Positions 62,471-64,000 of a stretch of 64,000 nucleotides of DNA are shown in pieces (position 1 is the stretch's first letter; every line of letters starts with the position of its first letter). Source of the stretch: Mobula hypostoma (Eukaryota); assembly GCF_963921235.1 (NCBI RefSeq), contig NC_086097.1:214460001-214524000 (forward strand), given 5' to 3'. The notes below the pieces were generated by a model. It made no database searches, was not told the origin of the DNA, and saw only the letters and a list, made by a program, of their open reading frames with translations. Both the position numbers and the translations under genes were made by a program.

Positions 62471-63169
62471 AGATAATACTTAGGTTCAGTCAGTTCAATG
62501 AATCCTTTTATTATAGAGGGCACATAGGAAGATCTTAAAGCTTCCTACTTTAAATGGAAGAATAGCATATTCAACCTATTAGGAAATCATTTGTGATCTG
62601 TTTTTGAATGTGTAGATTGTGATTCTATGCTGCAGGGCACTAGGAGAGCGATTGAGCACGGCACCTGCTCTGATAGATCATTATACAGCTACAGAGAGTT
62701 TTATTTTGCTGCTATATTGCTAGAAAAAGCAAAACTGCCATACCCAAAGCCAGCCTTGGCAGCTTCCACTCTGGGAATGCAACTTGGCTGAGGTGGAAGG
62801 GTTCCATGAACAAATATGTGTCTTGGCCAGAGTCCAATAGGTGCCTTAATACAGTATTGCAAAAGGCACTTGCTCATCAGTGACCTACTAAGTAGTAATG
62901 AAGCTTATCCCCAAAAATAGCCAGGTCTCAAGTTAACACTAACTGTGCTTTACCAGCAGGCTGGCTAAAGATAGGGCAGGGCAAGCCACCTGGAAGAACT
63001 GGCATCTTTCAGACTTAATAACAAAGTATTAAATGTTTGTATTATAATTGTTTGTTCATGATAAAAATTGAGTTTTTCCATATCTACAGTTCTCTTTGCT
63101 CTCACATATCCTTGCTGCTGCAATCACTGGCTTCTGATACTACCTGGCTGTCACCCAGCTGACAATTTC

Positions 63170-63470
63170 ATCCAGACCCATTCACTGCCCCTCGCGTTGA
63201 ACCGCTCCCACACGTCACTCACTGTCCCTCCCACAGTTCCACTGACTGCCCTGTACATGCTTCACCCACTGCCTGTTCATTGCTTCACTCACTGTCCCTT
63301 GCCTTGCTGCCTTTAGTCACTGAGTCACTGCCAGTTTGTGGTTCCAGCCACTGCCCTCTTTTCGTCACTCATTCTCCCTCTCCTCTCCAGTCCGAGACAT
63401 CCCCCACCTACTGTATCCTTAGCTACACCTGCAGTGCACTTACCTATCTCGCCACTCCTGTCCCCACCTG
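63170..63470. repeat. C/T-rich low-complexity tract with degenerate CACTG/CTGCCC units
   Basis: Recurrent TCACTCACTGTCCCT / CACTGCCC words. Confidence 0.45.
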
Positions 63471-64000
63471 AAATACACCCAGTCTTATTTAGTAACAGAC
63501 CTGTACCTACAATAATGTGTAATATTGCAATAGCAGGCTGACGTCCACCAGCACAGAACATCTTGGATATTGATCTGGACAAAGGGCTAGAAAATCAGTC
63601 TAAGTCTAATATGATCCCATAGTCTTTCGAGCCAGGCCCAGAGATGATTCTGGTTTTCTCATCTTGATATTTGAGGTTCAGGGCCTGGTGTCTGTAGGGT
63701 CCATGTTGTACATCCTGATTTAAAGAAATAACTTACCCAGTGTTCTTCTAATACTCTGCTCAAACCAAACCACTCGCAACTGTTGAATTATAGACAGAAT
63801 TTTTCATCAGCTTGGACTGCACAGAACTACTGTGAAGCCTGCTGCAGAGTTACTTAACCTGGGCTTACTCGAGCAAGCAGTGGTGGGAACACATTTTAGA
63901 TTGGTTCTCACCAACTTCCATTAGCACATCCCCAATCATCATTGCAGCTTCACTCCCAGAGAAACCACCCACCTGGTCTAATCCACCCACAAAGCAGAAC

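Overview
Repeat-dense vertebrate non-genic DNA (intergenic or deep intronic), most likely from a cartilaginous fish such as a ray or shark. This is inferred from the mix of CR1, Rex1/Babar, RTE, Penelope-like and V-SINE/DeuSINE-like repeats. No host protein-coding exon could be supported. The only long ORF is an uninterrupted 967-codon CR1 ORF2 (APE endonuclease + RT, minus strand, 21785-24688) inserted into an older CR1. Most of the window is nested transposable-element debris, and several junctions are readable (terminal inverted repeats, TIRs, and 4-, 5-, 6-, 8- and 13-bp target-site duplications, TSDs). Main points of interest: (i) minimal hammerhead-ribozyme motifs in two Penelope-like families, one with an intact core (40059-40094) and others with pairing-preserving changes; (ii) a hAT-like family with 6-bp TSDs in both copies; (iii) two long hairpins (10741-11032, 40195-40348); (iv) TE-free AT-rich islands that may be conserved non-coding elements. 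Family assignments come from motif recognition, not database searches. Boundaries without a TSD or TIR are approximate.
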